64,000 bases of DNA from Candidatus Bathyarchaeia archaeon (GCA_035935655.1 DASYWW010000062.1:203859-267858), one strand, 5' to 3'; shown: positions 1-10,218, counted from the first letter of the stretch. Program-made: numbers and translations. Notes: generated by a model not told the origin, from the sequence alone.

Positions 1-311
1 GGGCTGGAGAGTTGTTTGACGGGTTCAGCGGCATGCTCAGCTTCGAACCGAAAGGAGGCAAGACAGCGGCGGAACAATTCATGAAAAACGTCTCTATCCC
101 TATAATCGCCCCAAGCCTAGGAGGGGTCGAAAGCCTGCTCACAAGACCGGCCACAACCTCGCACTCCGGAATGTCCACAGAAGACAGGAAGAAACTCGGA
201 ATCACTGACGGACTAATTCGAGTGTCGATTGGAATCGAAGCGACAGATGACCTTATCGAGGATTTCGCAACGGCATTTGAATCGATCAGAACTGTGGCCA
301 GCATTCCCTGA
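1..311 (+). CDS. C-terminal fragment of a Cys/Met-metabolism PLP-dependent enzyme (cystathionine gamma-synthase/lyase or O-acetylhomoserine sulfhydrylase family); the gene begins upstream of the window
   Basis: The translation GMLSFEPKGG...VESLLTRPATTSHSGMS...LIRVSIGIEATDDLIEDF is a typical C-terminus of this family. The frame is open from the window edge. Confidence 0.7.
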   Translation, partial: AGELFDGFSGMLSFEPKGGKTAAEQFMKNVSIPIIAPSLGGVESLLTRPATTSHSGMSTEDRKKLGITDGLIRVSIGIEATDDLIEDFATAFESIRTVASIP

Positions 312-323
312 GAGAATGCTCGA

Positions 324-806
324 TCACGATTCTGTTTCAGAGAGGCTTTTCAGATCTTCGCCAGTAATCTGCATAACTCGCCAATTCTCTCGGAAACGGG
401 CCCCCAGCTTCTGATACACGTCTATGGCGCTTGTATTCCAATCCAGATCTTCCCATCGCATCCCATAACAATTCTCCGCGATGGCAACCCGTGCAAGATG
501 AACCATTAGGGCGTTGCCAACACCTTTGCGTCGGAACTGTGATCGGACAAAGAAGTCCTCTAGGAAGAGCCCGTGCCTTCCTTGCCATGTTGAATAATTG
601 TGGAAAAAGAAGGCCATACCAGCCGGTTTACCGTCCCACTCTGCAATAATCACTCTGAACTTGGGACTCTTCGAGAAGCCGTCCCTGATCAAGTCGTCTT
701 CTGTCGCCCGAACTGCACTGGGCTCCCGTTCATACTCCGCCAGCTCGTGAATGAAAGACAAAATCAGGGGAACGTCCTCAATGCTTGCGTTACGAATTTT
801 CAACAT
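324..806 (-). CDS. GNAT family N-acetyltransferase (160 aa)
   Basis: GNAT motif A (RRKGVGNALM). Overall similarity to diamine/spermidine N-acetyltransferases. Confidence 0.8.
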   Translation of the reverse strand: MLKIRNASIEDVPLILSFIHELAEYEREPSAVRATEDDLIRDGFSKSPKFRVIIAEWDGKPAGMAFFFHNYSTWQGRHGLFLEDFFVRSQFRRKGVGNALMVHLARVAIAENCYGMRWEDLDWNTSAIDVYQKLGARFRENWRVMQITGEDLKSLSETES

Positions 807-1082
807 GGCTTGCAGGCTGTTGTTTTCTCCTCTTCCCTAAGAGTTGCGATCAACCCCTCGCTGAAGGAAATGAGCAGTAATTTCTGCTCAAGCACCGCTT
901 GGCCGGGAAAGCCATGTTGTCCTTATTGTTCAATGTTCTATCGTGGATTTCCTTTCCGGTTGGGCCAGCCCAAAAGCCATTCCAAAGGTCACGACGAACG
1001 CGGCCCCGACCGGCGCCACAACTCCGGCTAGTGTCAGCATTGTCACGCCTCCAACCCAGTGGAGTGCCGCCGATAGACCGCC

Positions 1083-1925
1083 TTGGAGATCCAGCAAGGG
1101 GCGATCGCGCCTTGTGCATTTCCCATCGCAACCACCTCGTCGTTCCGTGATAGAGAGGTTTTTTCTAAGTCCAAGCCTAAAGTCCTGCATCGATTCTGGA
1201 CACTTTCGGAAGAGAATGTCTCGTTGCCTACCCCTCGAACGTTGGACCGGCTCGATGCCAAGATAATCAGGGAGCTCGCAAGCACACCTGATTTCCGTGA
1301 ATCCTACGCGAGCATGGCTGAGAGGCTTGGAGTAGACGAGGAGACTCTGCGAAAGAGAGTGAAACGTCTGCAGGGGCAGGAGTTTGAGAGTCTGCAGCTC
1401 TCTCTCAACCCGAGCGTACTAGGGCGGGAAGTCGTATGCATAGAGCTCCGAGTCGACGACGAGGCGAGAAAGCCCGCAATGATTTCACAAATCAAACTAG
1501 TTGACGGAGTAGTCCAGATCGTGGACTTCCACGGCAAAGAAGTGGAGGTAGTCCTCTGGCATGAAGGCGAGCAAGACCTCCTCAGAAAAGTCCAACTCAT
1601 CAGTTCTATCTGTGGCGACGAAGAAGCATTCTACTGGCCGTTGGAGATCCCCCGCTCCAACCACCGACTGAGAAAGACGGACTGGCAGATCCTGAAGGCG
1701 ATGCGGAAAGAGCCACGAAAGAGTCTCCTAGAAATCGCCGCGGAGATTCGAGCCTCTGTTCGAACCGTCAAGAGAAGGCTGGCCCTCATGACGAAGGAGA
1801 ACGTCTCCTTCCTGCCCATCCCTAGTTTCAAGAAATCCCCCACTCTCAGCATCAGCTTCCTTGTCCACTGTCCGGATCACACGAAGAAGAAAGTGCTCGA
1901 CAATTTGCTGCAGTCAAAGTTCTAG
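1083..1925 (+). CDS. Lrp/AsnC-type transcriptional regulator carrying two HTH_AsnC-like segments; start codon uncertain
   Basis: Two separate helix-turn-helix stretches (LDAKIIRELA...ASMAERLGVDEETLRKRVKRL and DWQILKAMRKEPRKSLLEIAAEIRASVRTVKRRL), each followed by a beta-rich segment. This is an unusual duplicated architecture. Confidence 0.55.
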   Translation: MEIQQGAIAPCAFPIATTSSFRDREVFSKSKPKVLHRFWTLSEENVSLPTPRTLDRLDAKIIRELASTPDFRESYASMAERLGVDEETLRKRVKRLQGQEFESLQLSLNPSVLGREVVCIELRVDDEARKPAMISQIKLVDGVVQIVDFHGKEVEVVLWHEGEQDLLRKVQLISSICGDEEAFYWPLEIPRSNHRLRKTDWQILKAMRKEPRKSLLEIAAEIRASVRTVKRRLALMTKENVSFLPIPSFKKSPTLSISFLVHCPDHTKKKVLDNLLQSKF

Positions 1926-1940
1926 AAGCTCATTTTCTAC

Positions 1941-2129
1941 ATGGCATCGAAAGAGTACTCACTATTCGCTACGGTTCTCCAGAACGTAAACGAGGCAGAC
2001 CAGACCACGCGGTGGATGAGCGAGCTTGATGTCGTTAGCGATGTGAAGATGAGGATAATGAAAGATTTCATCTACGTCGATGACTGGCTTGACAAAGAGA
2101 TAGAGAAACGATTGTTAGTGTCAGAATAA
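1941..2129 (+). CDS. Small acidic hypothetical protein (62 aa)
   Basis: Clean ORF in a convergent intergenic gap with reasonable codon usage. No recognisable motif. Confidence 0.25.
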   Translation: MASKEYSLFATVLQNVNEADQTTRWMSELDVVSDVKMRIMKDFIYVDDWLDKEIEKRLLVSE

Positions 2130-2235
2130 ATCCGATGGCCACTAGATCCCATTCCATGTTGCATTAGGCCAAGAAAAAAAGGGAGATTTATCCCCGGACA
2201 ACAAAACCGGGGAATTCTCCATCCGTTCGGTGTTG

Positions 2236-3501
2236 TCAGTTTGACGCTGCAATTGCTTTGCTAAGCCGTAGACTCATGCCGATCGCTGGTATAATCATGA
2301 CGGTCGAGGCCATAAATGAGAGACTGTAGATCCCGAAGGTAGCGCCGTAGCCAAAGAGCGAGTTGCCTAGGGTCGGACCGATGATCTCTGAGATGCTTTG
2401 CGCCGACTGAGTCATACCGAGGGCTCCACCCTGCTGTTGGGCTGATACCCTGAGAGAAACAATCGCACTAGCTGTCGCGAAGATAATTCCGGACCCGAAC
2501 GCAAGTATGGTTAGGGATCCGAGGAGAACTAGTAGGCTGTAGGCTGTCGTGAAAAACAGGGCAAAGCTGGCCGCCGTCGCAATGATTCCGATGAGGAACA
2601 GTTGTTCTGGCTGGAACTTTTTCGAGAGTCTGGGAATCGCTACTCCTTGGGATATTGCTAGGACAATGCCGACGAGGAAGAAGAGCAATCCGACTTGGAA
2701 CGGACCGAATGAGGCAACTTGCTGCAGCCAAGGCGTCGCGGTGCTTATCGAGACGTTGAAGGCGATCAGCGCGACTAAGTAGGTTACGAACAGTAGTTTC
2801 AGATCTGTCCTGGTCGCGATGGTGCGTACAGTCTCTTTTAGCGAGGGTCTTGTTTCTAGGTTCCTCTTAGGCGGCTCGGGGAGTCGGAAGTATCCTAGCG
2901 CTAGGTTCGAGAACGCGAGCGCTGCGGCGATGAACGAGGGAACTGCATAGCCGTAGAGGCTGCTCAGTGTTCCGCCGATTGCAGGTCCGATGATGAAGCC
3001 GAGGCCGAATGCTGCGCCCATCATTCCCATGTACTTCAGTCGAGTCTCTTTGGATGTGATGTCGGCGATGTACGCATTCGCCACTGGGAATGCTGCTCCT
3101 AAGGAGCCTGCGACTATTCTTGCAACGAAGAGTAGCCAGAGGCTGTTCGCGAGGCCGAAGACGAGCAACGATATTCCCGTGCCTGAAAGAGAGAGGAGGA
3201 GGATTCGTCGGCGGCCGTGTCGGTCGCTAAGGCTGCCTAGTATTGGGGTGAAGATGAACTGCATGAGACTGTATGAGGTCAAGAGGAGGCCGTAGACCAG
3301 AGGCGTGGCGCCTAGACTCTTTGCGTAGAAGAAGATGTACGGGAGGACAATTGAGAAGCCTAGAAAATCAAGGAAGACGGTGAGGAAGAGAACAGAGAAG
3401 ATTGACCGTTGGACTATTGACTGCGAAGTGTCGAGTTGAGTTACAAGTTTCTGTGCTTCAATGTTTTCCGTGAGTGTTTTTCCACTTTCCATTTTTCCCA
3501 C
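2236..3501 (-). CDS. MFS transporter (421 aa, about 12 TM)
   Basis: Hydropathy pattern and an MFS motif-A-like loop (LSDRHGRRRILL). Confidence 0.85.
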   Translation of the reverse strand: MGKMESGKTLTENIEAQKLVTQLDTSQSIVQRSIFSVLFLTVFLDFLGFSIVLPYIFFYAKSLGATPLVYGLLLTSYSLMQFIFTPILGSLSDRHGRRRILLLSLSGTGISLLVFGLANSLWLLFVARIVAGSLGAAFPVANAYIADITSKETRLKYMGMMGAAFGLGFIIGPAIGGTLSSLYGYAVPSFIAAALAFSNLALGYFRLPEPPKRNLETRPSLKETVRTIATRTDLKLLFVTYLVALIAFNVSISTATPWLQQVASFGPFQVGLLFFLVGIVLAISQGVAIPRLSKKFQPEQLFLIGIIATAASFALFFTTAYSLLVLLGSLTILAFGSGIIFATASAIVSLRVSAQQQGGALGMTQSAQSISEIIGPTLGNSLFGYGATFGIYSLSFMASTVMIIPAIGMSLRLSKAIAASN

Positions 3502-3716
3502 CTCAATACTCTATGGTCTGGAGTCGATTTCTATTTCCGCGCCTACTGCCCAAGTGGAATACGGGACAATCTGAAGAGAGAAGTGTCCCTTTTCCCTACG
3601 ATCCGTTGGGAGAATCGGACGTGAGCCGTATCAGGAAGCTAGTAGTTTGCGAAAAAGAATTCTGGGGCGATGGACCCTATCGGCAAAGCTGGTGTCTCTT
3701 GAACCAAACGGACTTG

Positions 3717-4709
3717 TTAGGTAAGCAGGAAGTTAGTCGACGACTCTAGCCGCCTCTCGAAGTCCGTCGGAAATTCGTGACCTAGGTTCTGCACCACATC
3801 AATCTTGCAATTGAGGCCTCGTTCAACCATTCCTTCGAGTAGCTTCTTGATCTTGGGGAGGAAAGGGTCCCTGTCGCCCATTATGATGACACCTTTCAAG
3901 CCGCTAACGTTTTTGGTTCTAGTGAACGACGAGAATATTTCACTGGGATGTTCTCGCTGGTTTGCAGGCTTGCTTTCGGGCGCGACCCAGTCCGAGGCTG
4001 CCACGGCAATAAACCCTCGACAGGGGAATGTTCGATTCAAGGTCAAGTAGATCGCGAGGGCAGCTCCTTGAGAGAAACCTGCTAGGATCACCTTGGCAGG
4101 ATCAATGTTGTATTTGTTGTGAATTTGCTTGTAGGCCCACACGACGTCACGCTCTGAACGCTCCGGGTCGTCCCAACAATATTCCTCAGAGGAAAATGGC
4201 TGCGAAGAGTGCGGGACAGCAACAAGAAATCCCCTATTTCGAACACTAACCCAATGTTCTGCGAAATCACCGGGATGCCCAACCCTGGGGGTGAGTCCGA
4301 TAAGGAGAGGGTGCCTTTGTTCCAGAGAAAAGTTTCGAGGAGTCAAGACTATCACTCCAGGTTTGGCTGCTAAAAGGGCTCTCTGTTTGAGGCGCTGGCT
4401 CTCCGCAACTATCGCCTTGAATTCGGGTCTGCCTTGAAGAGATTCGAGGTCCGGTTCCATCAGAAGAGCTTGATCCGGCCACCAAATGCCAGCCTTCGAA
4501 GCCTTCCCAAGAGTCTGAAGAGCCTCTTCCGGTTCTCCAAGCCTGGACTGAAGACAGCCGATCCAGTAGGAGGCCTTGGCGTTCCTCTCAGGAAACCTCT
4601 CCTTGGCTTGAAATGCTACAGCCAAGGCTTCTCGATACTTTTTAGCACTGTACAAGTCGAAAATCTGATCCCGATAATGCGGGAAGTCGTCCGTTCCCAT
4701 AGGTCCCAA
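3717..4709 (-). CDS. alpha/beta-hydrolase-fold esterase (phospholipase/carboxylesterase or dienelactone-hydrolase-like) with a TPR-like N-terminal region
   Basis: Nucleophile elbow GFSQG, with downstream Asp (GDRDP) and His (LGHEFP) triad candidates. The N-terminal 100 aa are helical and TPR-like. Confidence 0.7.
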   Translation of the reverse strand: MGPMGTDDFPHYRDQIFDLYSAKKYREALAVAFQAKERFPERNAKASYWIGCLQSRLGEPEEALQTLGKASKAGIWWPDQALLMEPDLESLQGRPEFKAIVAESQRLKQRALLAAKPGVIVLTPRNFSLEQRHPLLIGLTPRVGHPGDFAEHWVSVRNRGFLVAVPHSSQPFSSEEYCWDDPERSERDVVWAYKQIHNKYNIDPAKVILAGFSQGAALAIYLTLNRTFPCRGFIAVAASDWVAPESKPANQREHPSEIFSSFTRTKNVSGLKGVIIMGDRDPFLPKIKKLLEGMVERGLNCKIDVVQNLGHEFPTDFERRLESSTNFLLT

Positions 4710-4810
4710 ACACCTTAGAAAAGGCAGTATATCGTTCCTGTTCTCCGAACTATCAAGATTGTAGCGGCAACATTGTCGATGTCGAATTCGCGATTCAAGG
4801 GTTAGACGGG

Positions 4811-5929
4811 ATGGACGTAAACCTCTCTAGATCTCAGGTGAACTCATGGCGTTTGTCAAAGCATCATCTTGCCAAACGCGCCCGAAAAGGGGAAATCGAA
4901 AAAGTGGTCTCAGATCTCTGCGGGGTCCAGGCTCAAGTCCTGTCATATGCGGCATTAGCGATCTGGGCGAGAGTTGAAGGCATCACGATGCAGGATGTCC
5001 AGAACGCTCTCTGGAAACAACGTTCTGTTGTGAAGACCTGGTGTATGCGCGGGACCCTTCACCTCATCTCGGCCGCCGACTTGCCATTCTATGTGGCAGC
5101 TCGGAAAACGACATCGATAGTCAAACCGGACTGGCTCACCCCTGAAATTGATGTAGAAGAGAGGAAGAGAATCGTAGGCGCGATCTATGAAGCACTGGAC
5201 GGACAAATCCTCACTAGAGAGCAACTGGCCGACGAAGTAGTCAAGCGTCTACGCATGAGTGCCAGTGTCCGCAAACACTTGCTCTCGGGCTGGGGCAATC
5301 TCTTGCACCCGGCAGCGGAACAAGGATACCTTTGCTTCGGCCCAAGTGAGGGATCTAAGGTCAAATTCGTCCGCCCGGATCAATGGCTCGGAAAATGGAA
5401 TGAACCAACTGGTTCCGAGGCTTGGAGGATGCTTCTTCGACGATTCTTCATCACATATGGCCCGGCCACTCATCGTGATATTGGTCATTGGTGGGGCCTG
5501 CGTCCCGAGCCGGCAAGGATGCTGATGGATTACATCGCAGATGAGCTGGAAGAAGTTGAGTTTGAAGGCGAAAAAAGATGGGCTCGAAGTGAAGACGTTG
5601 AAGCGATCCTCAATGCTGCGAACGTCCATTCCGTAAAGCTACTGCCGAGCTGGGATTGCTATGCGATGTTCTATCACCCGCGCGAGCTTTTCGTTTCTCA
5701 GAAACACCGAACTAGAATCTTCACGAAGGTCCAAGGGAACAAACCTGTTTTGCTCCTCGACGGAGCCGCTGGAGGAATATGGGAGCAACGACGGAAAAGT
5801 GGCCGCACCGAGCTCATTGTGCGACCCTTCAGCCACATCAGCTCAGCTCAAAAACAGCTTGTCAATGAGGAAGCCACGAGCCTAGGGGAATTCATGGCAT
5901 CAAAAGTTGATGTCACTATTCGATCCTAA
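4811..5929 (+). CDS. Winged-helix DNA-binding protein of the HTH_42 family (AlkZ/YcaQ-like, a putative DNA glycosylase that unhooks interstrand crosslinks), 372 aa
   Basis: Length and N-terminal signature LCGVQAQ...ALAIWARV: a Q-phi-Q motif at residues 40-42, as described for the AlkZ-like subfamily. The family call is made from memory. Confidence 0.55.
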   Translation: MDVNLSRSQVNSWRLSKHHLAKRARKGEIEKVVSDLCGVQAQVLSYAALAIWARVEGITMQDVQNALWKQRSVVKTWCMRGTLHLISAADLPFYVAARKTTSIVKPDWLTPEIDVEERKRIVGAIYEALDGQILTREQLADEVVKRLRMSASVRKHLLSGWGNLLHPAAEQGYLCFGPSEGSKVKFVRPDQWLGKWNEPTGSEAWRMLLRRFFITYGPATHRDIGHWWGLRPEPARMLMDYIADELEEVEFEGEKRWARSEDVEAILNAANVHSVKLLPSWDCYAMFYHPRELFVSQKHRTRIFTKVQGNKPVLLLDGAAGGIWEQRRKSGRTELIVRPFSHISSAQKQLVNEEATSLGEFMASKVDVTIRS

Positions 5930-5981
5930 CTTTGAAAAGACGCAATGATTCTTTGATGACGATCGTTTTTATCTCACCCGC

Positions 5982-8774
5982 TCACAGATTTGCCATGATC
6001 CTTTGGCCTTCTTCGATTGTTGTCGCTCTTTCCTTTTCTTCTAGGCGCTCGATCATGACCCGGCCGCAGTCCAGAAGCGTTTGAGCGTAGTTGTACCGAT
6101 GCTTGAGTTCGTTCCATATTCTGTTGCTCGCTTTCAACGCATCTCTAGCATTGCTGTGTTCCCCTTCTGATTCGGCCATTAGGCCCGTACCCCATAGGTC
6201 ATATGCGTATCCCCAGGGCTCATCGAGTTCGTTTGCTTCTTCCTTGATCTTGTCGAGGAATGCTCTAGCCTCTTTGCGTTCCTGTTGCATTAGCGAGACC
6301 TTCAGAAGCCCGAAGTAGGCCTCGAGAGGTGGGTATGTCCAAACTCCTCCAGGACCTAATGCAGTAGCTTTTAGAAGGTGCTGCTTCGCGGCGACGGGGT
6401 CGTCTTTCTTGAGCTGGAGTTCTCCCAGAGCCCAGTGGTATTGGTAAAGGACGAGCGAGTTTCCCGCTTTTTCTGCCTTCACTAGTCCGTCTGCAAGATA
6501 TTCCTCCGCCTTCCGTAGGTTTCCCCTCCAGAGTTGAACAATCCCCAGGGGGAGAATCGAGTAAGAAGTGAACCAATCGCTTATCTCTGAGCCAATTCTG
6601 TGTGCATGATTGGCCGCTTCTGTGGCCAGATCCAGTTCTCCCAGTGGGATCAGGGCGAGAAACGCCAGTTCTGCTTCTATCCATGCTTCATAGGTCAGTT
6701 GGCCAGTCTTCTTGGAGTAATCAATTCCTTGTTTGAAGATCTCTACCCCTTTTGGGTATCTAGCCTTTACACGCGCGGTGAAGCCGCCCATGTTTAGAAA
6801 TGCTCTACACGCTGGCTCGTCGAACCCATTCTTTGTAGCTATCTCGAGCGCATTTTCCAAAAGTTGAGCGCTCTCCGTCTTCGTGCTTCGCGAGGCTCTC
6901 AATCCGTAGGAGCGCGATATGAGAGCGTGAGCTAATACTTCCTGGTCGTTTAGTTGCTTGGCAAGCTTGATCGCCTTCTCGCACCATTGGAGGCCTTCTT
7001 CGACTTCTCCGCTGTTAAGTAGAAGGCGAGCTATGTTCTGAGATATTGCGGCTTCCTCGTGGGTATCTGGCATTCCCCGCAAGAACATCAGCCCTTGCCT
7101 CAGCGTCTCAAGTGCCGTGGCGTTGTCGGCTGCCACGTAGTACGCGTATCCAAGCTTTAGGTAGAGCTGGGCCATCTTTCTATCATCTTTCAGATTTTCT
7201 GCAAGTGAGATCGCTTCGCGATAGAACTTGATGCTCTCAACTCGCTCGCCTATTCTGTTGGAAACGTCCGCAATCTTTGTTACGGTTTCCACCCGTTCGA
7301 GAATCTGCCCTGGCTCGAGTAGCTCCATTACGTTCCTGAAGTGGTTCTTGGCATCAGTGTGGGCATGAAGCGCAGCTGCACGATCTCCTGCCAGTCGTGA
7401 GAACTCGGCCGCTTTTGCCGATTCCCCAGCTTGTATGTAGTGATAGGCGAGTTCCTCGAAGTGTAACTCCGGTTCTTTCACGTGGTACTCTTCAATGGCG
7501 TGGGCTAATTTGGCGTGAGTCTTTCTCTTCCGGATAAGGCTCAATTCGTCGTAGAGGAATTCTCGGATCTGCTCGTCTGCGAAGAAGTAGGATATTTTTT
7601 TTCCTGAGTGTGTTTCTCTCACGAGTCCAGCCTGAGTTGCCGCCTCAAGTTGCTTGATGAGTTGTTCCTCGTTCGACCCAGCTACTCTGCTGAGGATTTC
7701 GTATTCGAATTCCATGCCGATTGCGGCGCATAACATTAGTGTCTGAGTTGTGTCTTCCCCGAGACGTGATATTCTCTGTTTGATGATCGCTCTAATGGTT
7801 GAGGGGATTTCGACATCTTGTGTTTCGCGGATGCCCCATCCTTCAGCTGATCTTGCGATTCCCTCGGCTTCGGATAGTGAGCGGATTACTTCTTCTACGA
7901 AGAACGGGTTGCCCCCAGTTCTTGAGTATACAAGCTTGGCGAAGTCGTGATCTACGGTGCCGCCTCCCAGCTGGTTGGAGATGAGTTCAGCGATATGTTT
8001 GGCAGTCAGCCTGTTGAGATGAATTCGTTTAAGCGATCGCTCTCGGTTGAGTTCGAAGATCAGACGCGATAGCTGATGTTCCTCGGGGAGTTCGGTGTCT
8101 CTGTAAGTAGCGGCAACGAGGATTCTTTGGTCTCTCATTCTCCTCGCGAGGTAGTGGAGGAGTTGGAGTGACGCGCCATCGGCCCAGAGGACATCGTCCA
8201 AGGATATTACCAGCGGTCTTTCTTGGGACACGTTGACTAGCAGGTCTGTGATTGCCTGGAAGAGCCTGACGCGTTCAGCGTCCGTGGGTGGGCTTGGCAT
8301 GAAGCTCTCGCGCGGCCCAGAGAGCCATCCCTTGATTCCAAGTTCTGTCGCTCTCGACTCTAGTTCTGGGACTAACCTGCCTACCTCTGCCAGGGTTCGT
8401 CCCAGTGCTTTGTCGAAGGTTTTGTTCCGACGTTGCTGGACGATTGACCTGATGGCTTCGGTCCATGGAGAATAGGGGATTGAGCTTTCCTCCTCGTATG
8501 ACGGTCCAACTGCAAATATCGCGTCTCTGCTACGAGCGTGCTGGCCGAGTTCGTGGATGAGCCTAGTCTTTTCAACGCCTGCTTCTCCCCCGACGAACAC
8601 GACCTGGCCCTTTCCAGCTAGGGTTTGATCCAGTAGTTCTTTGAGAAAGGCTAGCTCGTCTTCTCGGTCAACAAGGGCAGGTTCTGTCTCGACTAGAGCC
8701 TGGGCGCGCAATTGAGGGCTTAGTTGTGTCTCTCGGGCAAGATAAGCGTGTCCGCTCACGACCGCATCGACCAT
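5982..8774 (-). CDS. Large AAA-ATPase (AAA_16-like) protein with C-terminal TPR repeats (STAND/MalT-like architecture, no HTH), 930 aa
   Basis: P-loop region VVFVGGEAGVEKTRL, a Walker B-like LVISLDDVLWAD, then about 500 aa of TPR-like repeats. The Walker A is atypical (EKT where GKT/GKS is expected). Confidence 0.75.
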   Translation of the reverse strand: MVDAVVSGHAYLARETQLSPQLRAQALVETEPALVDREDELAFLKELLDQTLAGKGQVVFVGGEAGVEKTRLIHELGQHARSRDAIFAVGPSYEEESSIPYSPWTEAIRSIVQQRRNKTFDKALGRTLAEVGRLVPELESRATELGIKGWLSGPRESFMPSPPTDAERVRLFQAITDLLVNVSQERPLVISLDDVLWADGASLQLLHYLARRMRDQRILVAATYRDTELPEEHQLSRLIFELNRERSLKRIHLNRLTAKHIAELISNQLGGGTVDHDFAKLVYSRTGGNPFFVEEVIRSLSEAEGIARSAEGWGIRETQDVEIPSTIRAIIKQRISRLGEDTTQTLMLCAAIGMEFEYEILSRVAGSNEEQLIKQLEAATQAGLVRETHSGKKISYFFADEQIREFLYDELSLIRKRKTHAKLAHAIEEYHVKEPELHFEELAYHYIQAGESAKAAEFSRLAGDRAAALHAHTDAKNHFRNVMELLEPGQILERVETVTKIADVSNRIGERVESIKFYREAISLAENLKDDRKMAQLYLKLGYAYYVAADNATALETLRQGLMFLRGMPDTHEEAAISQNIARLLLNSGEVEEGLQWCEKAIKLAKQLNDQEVLAHALISRSYGLRASRSTKTESAQLLENALEIATKNGFDEPACRAFLNMGGFTARVKARYPKGVEIFKQGIDYSKKTGQLTYEAWIEAELAFLALIPLGELDLATEAANHAHRIGSEISDWFTSYSILPLGIVQLWRGNLRKAEEYLADGLVKAEKAGNSLVLYQYHWALGELQLKKDDPVAAKQHLLKATALGPGGVWTYPPLEAYFGLLKVSLMQQERKEARAFLDKIKEEANELDEPWGYAYDLWGTGLMAESEGEHSNARDALKASNRIWNELKHRYNYAQTLLDCGRVMIERLEEKERATTIEEGQRIMANL

Positions 8775-8940
8775 GAGCTCTCTTGGATGGAAAAGCGGTC
8801 ACGGCATACCAGCGTCAGCTGTCAGCCATTCTGAATTTTTGCTTTGCGGCTTAACAAGTCTACTTGATGATGAAAGATGTTAGGCGTTGGTTGGAACCAC
8901 GTTTTAATAACGATGGTTTTTCATGATCTTCGTGATCTAG

Positions 8941-10218
8941 TTGTCCCAGACTATCCTCAGCGACGATTCGCTTACGTTCGCAGAGAAAATTATCAGCGTC
9001 AAAGCCGATGGTGGTAGGAAGGTCCACCATGCCGGAGAGATTGCGGTTGTGCCTGCGGACATGGCCATGGCCCAGGATAGCACGGGACCTTTGGCTATCA
9101 AGGTCTTCCGTGAGATGGGCGTTCAGAAGGTCTGGGACCCCAAGAGGATCCACCTTGTAATCGATCATAGTTTTCCTGCTCCTGACGAGAAGGTCGCCAA
9201 TCTCCATATTCTGATACGGGAATTCGTCAAGCAACAGGGCGTCAGGCTTGTCGAGGGCAGTATATCCCACCAGCATCTTCTCGAAAACCATGTCGTCCCT
9301 GGTATGGTTCTCTTTGGCGCTGACTCTCACACATGTCAAGCGGGTGCGATAGGCGCTTTCGCGACCGGTATTGGGAGTTCGGAGATGGCTGCTGTCTGGG
9401 CGAACGGCAAGCTCTGGGTCCGGGTCCCAGAATCTGTCAGAATCAGCCTCACAGGCCAGTTCAAGAAGGGCGTGTACGCTCGGGATATCATAACTCAGTT
9501 CATCGGAATGGTAGGCGAGGATGGCGGGAACTACAAGTCGCTGGAATGGAAGGGTCCAGCAGTCAGGAACCTCTCCATTGCATCACGAGCTTGCATTAGC
9601 AATAATTCGATGGAGTGTGGCTGCAAACTCTCCATCTTCGAGGTCGACCCTGTAACACAGGACTATTTCAGAACGGCAAATCGCAAATTCATGTTTGAGA
9701 TCCATTCTGGACCGAAAGCCCACTACAAAGAAGAATACGACATCGATCTAGGAATTCTTGAGCCACAGGTCTGGGGTCCTGGAAACGAGAGCAAGGTCCG
9801 CCCTGCCAGTGAAGTCGGAGCTGCTCATCTCGACGAGGTCTTCATCGGCTCATCTACAAACGGACGATATGAAGACCTACAGGTCGTGGGCAAGATACTG
9901 AAAGGTCACAAGGTTAAGGCTGGGACCCGCTGCATAATCACCCCCGCCTCCAAAAACGTCTACGAGAGAGCTATCACGGACGGTCTAGCGGAAACATTTC
10001 TCCAATCAGGCGCCGTATTCACCAACGCCACATGCGGCGCATGCGTAGGCACACATCTCGGAGTTCTAGGCGAGAATGAGACATGCCTCTCCACGTCTCC
10101 ACGAAACTACGTGGGACGAATGGGTGCCACAACCGCCAAAATCTACCTCTCATCACCGGCCACAGCTGCCGCATCAGCTCTGGAAGGACATATCGCCGAT
10201 CCCAGGAGCCACCTATGA
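8941..10218 (+). CDS. leuC: 3-isopropylmalate/homoaconitate dehydratase large subunit (aconitase family; archaeal short LeuC/HacA type)
   Basis: Aconitase-family motifs (DSHTCQAGAIGAFATGIGS, ATCGACVG; Cys ligands present). The 425-aa length is typical of archaeal LeuC. The stop overlaps the leuD start (ATGA). Confidence 0.85.
   Translation: MSQTILSDDSLTFAEKIISVKADGGRKVHHAGEIAVVPADMAMAQDSTGPLAIKVFREMGVQKVWDPKRIHLVIDHSFPAPDEKVANLHILIREFVKQQGVRLVEGSISHQHLLENHVVPGMVLFGADSHTCQAGAIGAFATGIGSSEMAAVWANGKLWVRVPESVRISLTGQFKKGVYARDIITQFIGMVGEDGGNYKSLEWKGPAVRNLSIASRACISNNSMECGCKLSIFEVDPVTQDYFRTANRKFMFEIHSGPKAHYKEEYDIDLGILEPQVWGPGNESKVRPASEVGAAHLDEVFIGSSTNGRYEDLQVVGKILKGHKVKAGTRCIITPASKNVYERAITDGLAETFLQSGAVFTNATCGACVGTHLGVLGENETCLSTSPRNYVGRMGATTAKIYLSSPATAAASALEGHIADPRSHL

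Noticed and set aside
8860-9339. 159-aa ORF on the minus strand
   Set aside because: It lies entirely antisense to the well-supported leuC coding region and has no motif. It is an antisense-frame artefact.
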